Origin: Thermoplasmatota archaeon
GTDB lineage: Archaea > Thermoplasmatota > E2 > JACPAO01 > JAHFTW01
Assembly (NCBI GenBank): GCA_035526765.1
Contig: DATLBS010000030.1
Span: 191,153-255,152, forward strand
Length of the DNA stretch: 64,000 bases
Reading direction: 5' to 3'
Under the pieces are notes generated by a model. That model saw only the letters and a program-made list of their open reading frames with translations. It was not told where the DNA came from and ran no database searches. Below, one piece after another: positions 25,840-33,941 of the stretch. How positions within the stretch are numbered: the first letter of the stretch is position 1; every line of letters starts with the position of its first letter. The translations under genes and the position numbers were made by a program.

Positions 25840-26100
25840 CCGTACAAGCGGGAAGAAGGAAAGGGAGGAGAGAGGTGTCCGAGGATTGGATGGGAAAAGG
25901 GGTGTCCAAGTGACGGGAAGTGAAGGAGAGGGAAGAGGGAGGTGTCCGAGGATTGGAAGGGAAGAGGGGTGTCCAGGTGATCGGGATGTTGAGAGGGAGG
26001 GGGAGGAGGAAGGTGTCCAGGATAGGGAGAAGGGAGGTGTCCGGGGAGCGGGAAGGGGACGTGGGGGTCCCGGTGGATGGGAAGAGGGAGGGGAAAAGGG
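25840..26100. repeat. Purine-rich tandem repeat: two 67-bp units plus degenerate copies, with six GGTGTCC cores
   Basis: GAGGTGTCCGAGGATTGGA[T/A]GGGAA[A/G]AGGGGTGTCCA[A/G]GTGA recurs at 25871 and 25938. GGTGTCC occurs six times in about 180 bp. The top strand is almost pure purine. Confidence 0.8.
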
Positions 26101-26114
26101 GACCTGCGGCTTGC

Positions 26115-26738
26115 CTACAGGCGGCGGCGCAGCATCAGCAGGCTGCCACCCAGGGCGCCCACGGTGCCGATCATCAGCGCGCCGACCGAGGGGAACACGG
26201 GGATCTCCGTGCTGGGGCCGGTCTCGGTGCCGGGAGGGGTCGTCTCGGTGCCCGGCGGGGTCGTCTCGGTGCCGGTCGGGGTGCTCTCCTCGCACTCCAC
26301 CCAGAAGACCTTCATCTTCTCGTGCTGCTCGTCGCTGACGAAGAGCTTGTAGTGGCCGGACGGGAGCGAGTAGGGCCCGTTCAGGAAGTGGTGGGAGTCC
26401 TCGGTCTGGTCGTCGGCCGTGTAGGTGTCCTCGAGGACGACGGTCTTGTCGCCCGTCGGGGGCCAGGACTTGATCACGATCGTGCCGTGCTCGGCGTCCA
26501 TGTTGAAGCCCTCGACATAGAAGGGGCAGTCGACGTGGGGGTCGTTCTCCATCTCCCCGATGTCGCCCTCGGTGTGCACCTTCACGGTGCCGTTGTTGTT
26601 GCAGTCGGCGGCGTCATCGTCGCCGTCGCACACGGGGGCGGCCATCGCGGGCGTCCCAAGGGCCACGAGGGCAAGCCCCGTGAACAGGAAGAGGGCGGTC
26701 GTCAAGGCTAGCTTTCGGCGGGAGTTTGGGCGCACCAT
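26115..26738 (-). CDS. Secreted Thr/Pro-rich protein with a C-terminal archaeosortase-type sorting signal (hypothetical)
   Basis: Signal peptide MVRPNSRRKLALTTALFLFTGLALVALGTPAMA. Linker TPTGTETTPPGTETTPPGTETGPSTE. C-terminus IPVFPSVGALMIGTVGALGGSLLMLRRRL. Confidence 0.6.
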   Translation of the reverse strand: MVRPNSRRKLALTTALFLFTGLALVALGTPAMAAPVCDGDDDAADCNNNGTVKVHTEGDIGEMENDPHVDCPFYVEGFNMDAEHGTIVIKSWPPTGDKTVVLEDTYTADDQTEDSHHFLNGPYSLPSGHYKLFVSDEQHEKMKVFWVECEESTPTGTETTPPGTETTPPGTETGPSTEIPVFPSVGALMIGTVGALGGSLLMLRRRL

Positions 26739-26913
26739 GCGTTCCACAGACTCTGCTCATCGGACCGCATCCAAAGGGAAGTTGGGACGGATTTTCGGTC
26801 CCCGCACATATTCACGGACAGGCCTCGGCGGCCGGCCGCGCCTCCGCCCCTGCGCAACCCTGGAAAAACGAGGCCGGCCCAGTCCCCTTGTCCTAGCGGC
26901 TTCGTCCCAGCGG

Positions 26914-27492
26914 CTACGTCCCAGCCCGCAGTTCGCGGTACACGATGGGGCGCACCTTCTTGAGCCCCAGGTCGGACTTCTCGACGAGCCACCGGATGTA
27001 GGCCGCCGCCTCCTTCACGCCCCCCGCCTCACGGTCCTTGGCCAGTCGCTCGCGCAGCAGCACCGTGGCCGGGTTGGGCGCGCGTCCGCGCGGACCCTTG
27101 CCCGCACCAGCCCCCCCGCCCGCAGCGGCCGCCCGGGCCTTGCGCCGCCCGTTGCCGACCTTGCCGCCCCCGATGGCCCGCAGCTCGCGGTACACGGTCT
27201 GCTGCAGCCCCGTGCGGGACGCCTTGGGGTCGCGCGCGGCGACCCAGTCGACGTACTCCGTGGCGGGGCGGAGGCGGCCCGCCGCCTGGTCCGCGGCCAG
27301 GCGCTCGCGCAGTTCCAGCGTGCTGGGCCGCGGCGGTCGCCCCTTGCCCTGCGAAGGCCCAGAGGGCCGTCCCAGGGGCGTGACGCTGACACCCTTGCCA
27401 TAGGGGCCTGGCTGGATGCGGACAAGGCTGCCGTCCGGCAGCTCGAAGGTCATCTTGCCCTGCAATGGGGTGGAGGCGGTTCCCTTGGCCAT
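26914..27492 (-). CDS. Hypothetical nucleic-acid-binding protein with two tandem helix-extension-helix (SAP/Rho-N-like) repeats and Lys/Arg/Gly-rich spacers
   Basis: Repeats …TLELRERLAADQAAGRLRPATEYVDWVAARD…VYRELRA and …TVLLRERLAKDREAGGVKEAAAYIRWLVEKSD…VYRELRA. 192 aa. Lies 52 nt downstream of lhr. Confidence 0.5.
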   Translation of the reverse strand: MAKGTASTPLQGKMTFELPDGSLVRIQPGPYGKGVSVTPLGRPSGPSQGKGRPPRPSTLELRERLAADQAAGRLRPATEYVDWVAARDPKASRTGLQQTVYRELRAIGGGKVGNGRRKARAAAAGGGAGAGKGPRGRAPNPATVLLRERLAKDREAGGVKEAAAYIRWLVEKSDLGLKKVRPIVYRELRAGT

Positions 27493-27544
27493 CGCACCGC
27501 CCAACCCCGCCCTTTTGATAATGCTTGGCAAGGTTCCGTTTATG

Positions 27545-30500
27545 TCAACGGCGCCAGAACGCGTTCGTGCGGGCGAAGGTGAGCTCGGCCTGCAGGATCT
27601 CCCGCCAGAAGGCCCCCTGGCTCGGGTCGCTGGCCTTCTGCAGGATGCGGGCCGCCGTGTCAGGCCCGACGCCGCGCGCCACGAGGCACCGGCAGGCCAG
27701 CGAACCGAAGCTCGCGACGAGGGCCCCGTTGCGGAGGAGCCGCTCGCGCTCCACGGCCTCCTCGGGCGTGGCCCCCTTGATGCGCAGCAGCCGGGCCTGC
27801 TCCTCGTTCCAGGGGCGCAGGCAGGCCACCTGGATGGATTGGCAGCGCCGGCACGCGATGCGCTTGGGCAGCAGGTCGACGCGGCTGGACCACGGGTTGC
27901 CGCAGGCACAGCACACCATGAGGGCGTCGGACTCCTCGATGCGCTTGCGGACGGCGGCCAGGAGGGCGTCGTCCGTGCGCGGGTTGGCCAGAAGGTGGCG
28001 TGCCGTGTCCTGCCCCAGGAACGTGAGGGGGCCGGTGCCCTGCACCTTGAAGGCGAGGCGGCCCTCCCTGACGGCTGCCACGAAGGTGCGCACGGCGGCG
28101 AGGTCCATCCGGTCGTGCAGGAGCCGGGACAGGGTCTCCTCCTCCAGGGCAGGGTGCTGCAGGAGGGCATCGATGCGGCTGCGCGTGGCATGGTTGGGGT
28201 CCAGCTGGGAGGGCAGGGCGCCGAACTGCTTGGCGACGTGGACGAGGTGGTGCCGGACCTGCGGGGACTCGCGCAGCAGCATGGAGAGAAGGAGGTCGAG
28301 GGACCCGGGGTCCAGTGCCTGCCAGGTCTCGAGGAGCATGGGGGCGGGGACCTGTTCGGGGAAGGTGAGGTGGATGCGGTACGCGTCCGACTCCATCGCC
28401 ACGGGGGCACCCAGCCTCTGCGACAGGAGCCCCTGCGTGATCTTGCCGAGGGCCTCGTTGCCCCTGGTGCCCAGGGCCACGTTCACCACCACGAGGCGCT
28501 TGGCGACCTCGAGCGTCACGACCTGGTCGGTAGCCACGGCGAGGCCCAGCGCCTGGTGGTCGCGCAGCACCTTGGCGCAACGGTCCAGCAGCCCTGGCGC
28601 GAAGGGGTAGGCCCGCGCCCCGGCCCCGGCGACCCCGCCCTCCAGGAGGACACGCCGCAGGGCCGCGACCTCCTGGGCCACCTCGAAGCTGACGGGCAGC
28701 TGGCTGCCCGCCCATTGCGGCACGGGGCCGAGTTCGCGCACAGGGGCGACCCGCACGCGCGCCGCCTCGGCCTCGACCTCGAGGACGCGCCAGCTGCGGC
28801 CCGCCATGACGATGAGGGCCCCGGGCGCCATGCTGGAGGCGACGAAGGCGTCGTCGACGGTCCCGATGGCGCGCTTCGAGGCCTCGTCGACCACGCGGTA
28901 CGTGCGCTCGTCCGGGATGAGGCTGATGTGCTCGAGGAAGTGGCGGCGCGCCCGCCCTGAGCGCGCCATCCGGTCCGCCCCGCCGCGCCCCTCGGCGGGG
29001 AACAGGGTCTTGACCTCCTGCAGGCAGGACCACACGGCGTCGAACAGCGCCGGGTCGAGGTCGAGGAAGCATCCGGCTCGGCCCACGACCTCGCGGCACC
29101 ACTCCTTGCGCACATCCTTGTACTCGTTGGCCAGCGCGACCAGCTGGTTCGCCAGCACGACGAGGGGCAGGTCCCGGACGAGGAGGGGTTCGAGGCGGCC
29201 CTCGCTGGCGCGGCGCGCCACGGCGGCGCACTCCATGGCGTCCTCGGTTCCGGTGGCCACGAGGGTGCCGGAGGAGATGCCGCCGACGCGGTGGCCGCTG
29301 CGGCCCAGCCGCTGCACCAGGCGGGCGACGCTGCGTGGGCTTGCGACCTGCACGACGTGGTCGATGGCGCCGACGTCGATGCCCAGCTCCAGGCTCGACG
29401 TGGCCACCAGGCCGCGCAGCTCCCCTGCCTTGAACCGCTCCTCCGCGTCGGCCCGGTGCTCCGCGGAAAGGCTGCCGTGGTGCAACCCAAGCAGGGGGGT
29501 GGACGGGGGGTCGCCTGGCCTGTCGTGCTCCTCTTGCGCGGGGCCTTGCTTTCCTTCGTGCGTCGCAACAGGACCGGGGTTGGGGCCGGCGTGGCCTGAC
29601 GCACGGGAATCCAGCATCGCGCTGCGGCTGGCCAGCAGCTCGGCGCCGTCGCGGGTGTTGTGGAAGACGAGGACGCGCCCATGCTCCCGCACGATGCGGC
29701 GGACCGTGCGGACCTGGGCCACGACGGCGGGCGGCAGGGCCAGCTCTGAGGCCAGTTGCTGGTCCTCCGGCCGTGCCTCCGGCTCGACGACCGTCAGCAC
29801 AATCGTCTTGCGCGCCTCGACCAGGACCGTGTCGATGGGGCGGTCCCGGCCGGCCAGCCACCTTGCGATGCGCGGCGGGTCCGCGACGGTGGCGCTGAGG
29901 CCGATGCGCTGGAAGCCTCCTCCGGGCCGCGCCACCGGCCGCGCAGGGCCTTCGCGCTCCCGCGCGGGCGTGCTGCGCAATGCGGCCGGCTGGGCGATGG
30001 CCTCCTCGAGGCGCTCCAGGGCGACCAATAGCTGGGCCCCGCGCTCCGAGGCGGCCAGCTCGTGCACCTCGTCGACGATGACGAAGCGGACGGTGGCGAG
30101 GTGGCGCCGCAGCGTGTCGCCGTACAGCAGCAGCTGCAGGGTCTCCGGGGTCGTGATGAGCAGGTCCGGGGGGTCGCGCGCCTGCCGGGTCCGTTCGCCT
30201 TGGGGCGTGTCGCCGTGCCGGACGGCCACCCCGAGCTCCAGCGCCTCGGCCCAGGACCGCAGCCGGCCCATGAGGTCGCGGTTGAGGGCGCGCAGCGGCG
30301 TCACGTAGAGGGCCTTGAAGCCCTTCGGCCACGGTCGACCCTTCGCGGCGAGGGCGTCGCGCTCCTCGAGGATGCGGCTGAGGACCGGCAGCAGCGCAGC
30401 CTCCGTCTTGCCGTGCCCGGTGGGGGCCACCAGCAGGACGTGGCTGCGGGCCCTGAGGGGGCCGGCCGCGGCGGACTGCGCCTCGGTGAGCCCGCTCCAG

Positions 30501-30553
30501 CCCTGGCTGCGCAGCAGCGCGGTGAGGCGGGGATGGAGCCCGCTCTCCTCCAT
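27545..30553 (-). CDS. lhr: Lhr-family ATP-dependent DNA helicase (DEAD/DEAH box plus Lhr C-terminal domains)
   Basis: 1002 aa. …LLVAPTGHGKTEAALLP… Walker A, …FVIVDEVHEL… DExH, and a long Lhr-specific C-terminal domain. Confidence 0.85.
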   Translation of the reverse strand: MEESGLHPRLTALLRSQGWSGLTEAQSAAAGPLRARSHVLLVAPTGHGKTEAALLPVLSRILEERDALAAKGRPWPKGFKALYVTPLRALNRDLMGRLRSWAEALELGVAVRHGDTPQGERTRQARDPPDLLITTPETLQLLLYGDTLRRHLATVRFVIVDEVHELAASERGAQLLVALERLEEAIAQPAALRSTPAREREGPARPVARPGGGFQRIGLSATVADPPRIARWLAGRDRPIDTVLVEARKTIVLTVVEPEARPEDQQLASELALPPAVVAQVRTVRRIVREHGRVLVFHNTRDGAELLASRSAMLDSRASGHAGPNPGPVATHEGKQGPAQEEHDRPGDPPSTPLLGLHHGSLSAEHRADAEERFKAGELRGLVATSSLELGIDVGAIDHVVQVASPRSVARLVQRLGRSGHRVGGISSGTLVATGTEDAMECAAVARRASEGRLEPLLVRDLPLVVLANQLVALANEYKDVRKEWCREVVGRAGCFLDLDPALFDAVWSCLQEVKTLFPAEGRGGADRMARSGRARRHFLEHISLIPDERTYRVVDEASKRAIGTVDDAFVASSMAPGALIVMAGRSWRVLEVEAEAARVRVAPVRELGPVPQWAGSQLPVSFEVAQEVAALRRVLLEGGVAGAGARAYPFAPGLLDRCAKVLRDHQALGLAVATDQVVTLEVAKRLVVVNVALGTRGNEALGKITQGLLSQRLGAPVAMESDAYRIHLTFPEQVPAPMLLETWQALDPGSLDLLLSMLLRESPQVRHHLVHVAKQFGALPSQLDPNHATRSRIDALLQHPALEEETLSRLLHDRMDLAAVRTFVAAVREGRLAFKVQGTGPLTFLGQDTARHLLANPRTDDALLAAVRKRIEESDALMVCCACGNPWSSRVDLLPKRIACRRCQSIQVACLRPWNEEQARLLRIKGATPEEAVERERLLRNGALVASFGSLACRCLVARGVGPDTAARILQKASDPSQGAFWREILQAELTFARTNAFWRR

Positions 30554-30559
30554 CCGGCC

Positions 30560-32068
30560 TCAGGTCCCAGCGACGGCCTTGAGGCCGACGTTCAGGTAGG
30601 CCAGGAGCAGGGGGGCGCCGAGGATGTAGCCGAAGGGGTACGCGAAGGCGCCGGGGAGTCCCATGAAGCGGCCGCCGTGCATGAGCCAGGTGCTGTTCTT
30701 CAGGATCACGCGGATGGGGGTGATGACGGCGAACATGACGGCGAACATGGGGCCCAGCTCGATGGCGGCCATGATGAGGGCGGCCTCCCCCGACGCGGAG
30801 CCGTCCAGGAGGCTGACCCCCCACACCGCCTTGACCTCCATGTCCCAGAGGATGAAGAACAGGATGAACAGGGCGACGCTGCAGACGATGCCGACCCAGC
30901 GGTAGCGGTCGTACACGGGGTGCTCCTTGGGGGGCTTCACGACCAGGCGCGCCACGAAGACGCCGATGGCCAGCATCCAGAGCAGGTAGCTCCACCACGG
31001 GAGCTGGAAGACCGCGAAGCCGATGAGCGGGGACGCGTGCGCCACCTCGCCGTCCTGCACGGTGAGGGGGCCCTCGCCGCGCACGGCCATCTCGGATCCG
31101 TTGCTCTGCACGTCCAGGGAGCCGAAGCGGACGAGGCCGACGGCCTTGGCAGGGTTCGTGGATTCGTCCGTCTTGGCGGGGAGCCGCAGGACGGCGCCGT
31201 TGAGGAGCTTCGGGATGAGGGGCTCGAGGGGGCCCAGGTTGATCTCCGGGGCCTTTCCAGTGACGCCCGCCTTGCTGGCGGCATCCACGTTGGTCCCCAG
31301 GGTCGCGATGCGCGCGAGGTCGAGGCCGACGTCGGCGGCCTCCTGGGCGGCGGGCTCCATGTGCACGCTGCTGCCGGCCTCGAAGGGCAGCAGCATGAGG
31401 CCAGGGTGGAGGGTGCCGAGGCGGGGACTCCCCTGGAACGCGATGGAGTCTGTCTTGCCTGCGGCGAACGAGTGCCTGACCTGGCTGCCGTCGAGGACCT
31501 GGATGACGGTCTGCGCGTCGAGGCCGACCAGCCCGCCCGCGTTGGCGTGCGCGGAGGCGGCGTCGGGGATGCCTGCCGTCGTGGGGATGGCGGGCACGTC
31601 CGTGAGGTCGAAGGAGCCCAGGATGGAGGGCGCCATGAGGGTCTTGCCCATCGTGAAGGTGTTCAGGTCGCGGGAGCCCTCGAAGTCGACGAGGAGCCCA
31701 AGGACGTGGTCCGCGTGGGCCTTGGCGCTTGTGGCGTGGGGGAACTTGAGGCCGAAGGAGCCGCCGGCCGCCACGTCGATGGCGAGGTTGCCGCCCGGGC
31801 TGCTGAGGCAGGTCTTGGCGAAACAGACGCGCGTGAGGCCTTCGAGGCGGGCATGGTCGGACTGGAAGATGCCGTAGGGGCCGCGCACGTCCACGATGAT
31901 GGCCTCCATGGAGCCGGACAGCAGGGTGAAGGACCCGCCCTGCGCGCCAAGGCCATCCTGGTAGGGAAGCATCGCCTCGTAGGGGTGGTCCCCGTTGATG
32001 GCGGCCTGGGCCGGGGGGGCCAGGGCCAGGAGCAGGAGGACGGTGCCCAGGAGGACCGCGCGGGTCAC
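30560..32068 (-). CDS. Hypothetical protein: signal peptide, roughly 330-aa extracytoplasmic domain, and a C-terminal 4-5 TM anchor
   Basis: GTG start at 32068 (VTRAVLLGTVLLLLALAPPAQA). Ends 6 nt before lhr. A G7 tract lies just 5' of the start. Confidence 0.55.
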   Translation of the reverse strand: MTRAVLLGTVLLLLALAPPAQAAINGDHPYEAMLPYQDGLGAQGGSFTLLSGSMEAIIVDVRGPYGIFQSDHARLEGLTRVCFAKTCLSSPGGNLAIDVAAGGSFGLKFPHATSAKAHADHVLGLLVDFEGSRDLNTFTMGKTLMAPSILGSFDLTDVPAIPTTAGIPDAASAHANAGGLVGLDAQTVIQVLDGSQVRHSFAAGKTDSIAFQGSPRLGTLHPGLMLLPFEAGSSVHMEPAAQEAADVGLDLARIATLGTNVDAASKAGVTGKAPEINLGPLEPLIPKLLNGAVLRLPAKTDESTNPAKAVGLVRFGSLDVQSNGSEMAVRGEGPLTVQDGEVAHASPLIGFAVFQLPWWSYLLWMLAIGVFVARLVVKPPKEHPVYDRYRWVGIVCSVALFILFFILWDMEVKAVWGVSLLDGSASGEAALIMAAIELGPMFAVMFAVITPIRVILKNSTWLMHGGRFMGLPGAFAYPFGYILGAPLLLAYLNVGLKAVAGT

Positions 32069-32083
32069 GGGGTTCCCACGACT

Positions 32084-32090
32084 CCCCCCC
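32084..32090. repeat. G7 homopolymer (C7 on the plus strand) between an out-of-frame ATG (32099-32097) and the GTG start of the secreted protein
   Basis: With 7 G the ATG frame reads MDKGGESWEPRD (junk). With 6 G it would read MDKGGSRGNPVTRAVLLGTVLLLLALA, a perfect signal peptide. Confidence 0.8.
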
Positions 32091-32167
32091 TTTATCCATT
32101 GTTCGGCGAGGCCCTGACGCCCATCTGGAACGCAACGGCTTTTTGGGCCGCGCCCCACGCCGCCCTG

Positions 32168-33919
32168 ATGCCGCAGGCCGAGGCCGTGCAGCGTTTCCGG
32201 CCCGGCCCCTTCCTGGCCGTGAACCTCATCGAGCTCATCGAGCGCCTGGCCTACTATGGCGCCCTGTCGGTGACGTCGCTCTATCTTGCCTCCCTGGGTT
32301 ACCCGTCGACCGTCATCGGCCCCATGCTGGCGCTGCTGCTGCCCCTGCCGTACCTGGTCAACCTCGTGGTGGGGCCCCTGGCGGACCGGCACGGGTACAA
32401 GCCCACGATGCTGGTGGCCTTCGCCATCTACACGGCAGGGTTCCTGCTGCTGGGCCTGTTCACGTCCTTCGTCCCCCTGCTCCTCGGCATCGTCCTGGTG
32501 GGGGTCGGCGCCGGCGTGTTCAAGCCCGTCCCCGCGGCCACCATCGCGCTCACCACCACGGAGGCGCAACGCAACCTCGGCTTCAGCGTGTACTACTGGG
32601 CCATCAACCTCGGCGCGTTCGTCGGACCCATCCTCATCGCCTTCCTCCTGCACGGCTACCGGGCGGCCTTCTTCCTCTCCGCCGCCATGGTGGCAGCGAA
32701 CCTCGTCCTCGTCGCCGTGGCGTACAGGGACCCCCGGCCCACGGAGGGCAGGGCAACGCAGGAGAACGCGTTGCGGACCTTCCTCGCCATCCTCTCGGAC
32801 ACGCGGTTCCTCCTCCTGCTGGTGATCTACTCCGGGTTCTGGTTCGTCTACAGCATGAACTTCAGCTTCGTCCCCCTCTACCTCGCCGACTTCGTGGCGC
32901 TGCCTTCCTGGTTCACGCCGAACCTGCAGCAATCCATCGACCCAGGCGTCGTCATCCTGCTGAGCCTGCCCCTCGGCGCCCTGGTCTCCCGCATGGGCTG
33001 GCCGCCCCTGCGCGTGATGGCGGTCGGCATCGCCCTCGCCACCGTGGGCTTCGCCATCGTGGGCTTCACGCGTTCCTGGGAGCTCTTCGTGCTGGGCATC
33101 GTCGTCATGTCCATCGGCGAGATCCTCACGTTCCCGGGTTTCCTCAGCCTCGTCTCCAAGATGGCCCCGCCCGGCAAGGCCGCCGCTTACCAGAGCGCCG
33201 GGTTCCTACCCCTCGGCCTTGGCTTCTTCTTAGGGCCCCTTGTCACCGGCTTCCTCTACAGCAACGTGGCCAAGGACCAGTTGCGCCCCACCCTGTTCTG
33301 GGCGCTCGTCTGCAGCATCGGCTTCCTCACCGTGGCGGCCCTGCTCCTGTACCTCCGTGCCGCCGGGCCGCGGGATGAGCGCACCCGGGCCGGTGCCACG
33401 GCGGCCCTCGGCGCCGTCGCCGCGGCGGCCCTGCTGGTCCTCGCCGGCGCCGCCGCGGGCCGCACGCCCCTGGTGGGGCAGGGGCCCGGCGCGGGCCCGG
33501 AGGGGCCCGGGGTCCTTGACCTCGGCACGTGGACGGGGACCACGCAGGAAGGCGCCACGAGCCAACAGACCCTCCCCGTCCCTGCCGGGAAGGCCGGCAA
33601 CCTCACCCTGACCTTGACGTGGAGCGACGCCACGCCACCCGGGACCGTGCCCGGGACCAACAATGCCCCAGACGGCTTCGACCTGGGCCTGCGCGACTCC
33701 GCTGGGCGGCGGGCCCCGGACGCCAGCGGGACGAATCCGCCAGGGCAGCAAGGGACCCTCCGTGTGACGATGCAGGTGACGGCAGACAGTGCACCCACGG
33801 CCCTGATCAGCCTCACGAACGCCGGCGACTTCACGATCGGCCCCGCCGGCACTGTCGTCAGCGCGGACACTGCCAACGACTGGACCCTCAAGGCCTCCTT
33901 CACGCCGGCAGGCTCCTAA
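32168..33919 (+). CDS. POT/PTR2-like MFS transporter fused to a C-terminal roughly 150-aa soluble domain
   Basis: ELIERLAYYGALS matches the POT signature ExxERFxYYG. 12 TM helices. C-terminal Gly/Thr/Pro-rich beta-rich tail. Confidence 0.7.
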   Translation: MPQAEAVQRFRPGPFLAVNLIELIERLAYYGALSVTSLYLASLGYPSTVIGPMLALLLPLPYLVNLVVGPLADRHGYKPTMLVAFAIYTAGFLLLGLFTSFVPLLLGIVLVGVGAGVFKPVPAATIALTTTEAQRNLGFSVYYWAINLGAFVGPILIAFLLHGYRAAFFLSAAMVAANLVLVAVAYRDPRPTEGRATQENALRTFLAILSDTRFLLLLVIYSGFWFVYSMNFSFVPLYLADFVALPSWFTPNLQQSIDPGVVILLSLPLGALVSRMGWPPLRVMAVGIALATVGFAIVGFTRSWELFVLGIVVMSIGEILTFPGFLSLVSKMAPPGKAAAYQSAGFLPLGLGFFLGPLVTGFLYSNVAKDQLRPTLFWALVCSIGFLTVAALLLYLRAAGPRDERTRAGATAALGAVAAAALLVLAGAAAGRTPLVGQGPGAGPEGPGVLDLGTWTGTTQEGATSQQTLPVPAGKAGNLTLTLTWSDATPPGTVPGTNNAPDGFDLGLRDSAGRRAPDASGTNPPGQQGTLRVTMQVTADSAPTALISLTNAGDFTIGPAGTVVSADTANDWTLKASFTPAGS

Positions 33920-33941
33920 CCCCGCGCCCTGGTGCCGCGGC

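Noticed and set aside
25840-26100. Possible CRISPR array (regular 67-bp period)
   Set aside because: The spacers would be only about 23 nt and are themselves G/A-rich variants of each other. The repeat is not palindromic and there are only 2 clean units. I treat it as a minisatellite.
27660-32135. Giant ORFs of 1491 aa (minus) and 1285 aa (30062-33919 plus) and other long Arg/Pro/Gly-rich frames (for example 1858-3750, 2481-4301, 35680-36972)
   Set aside because: They are typical off-frame or antisense open frames of a 68% GC genome. Their composition is extreme, and they overlap genes with clear homology (lhr, the POT transporter, FAH, the FG-GAP protein).
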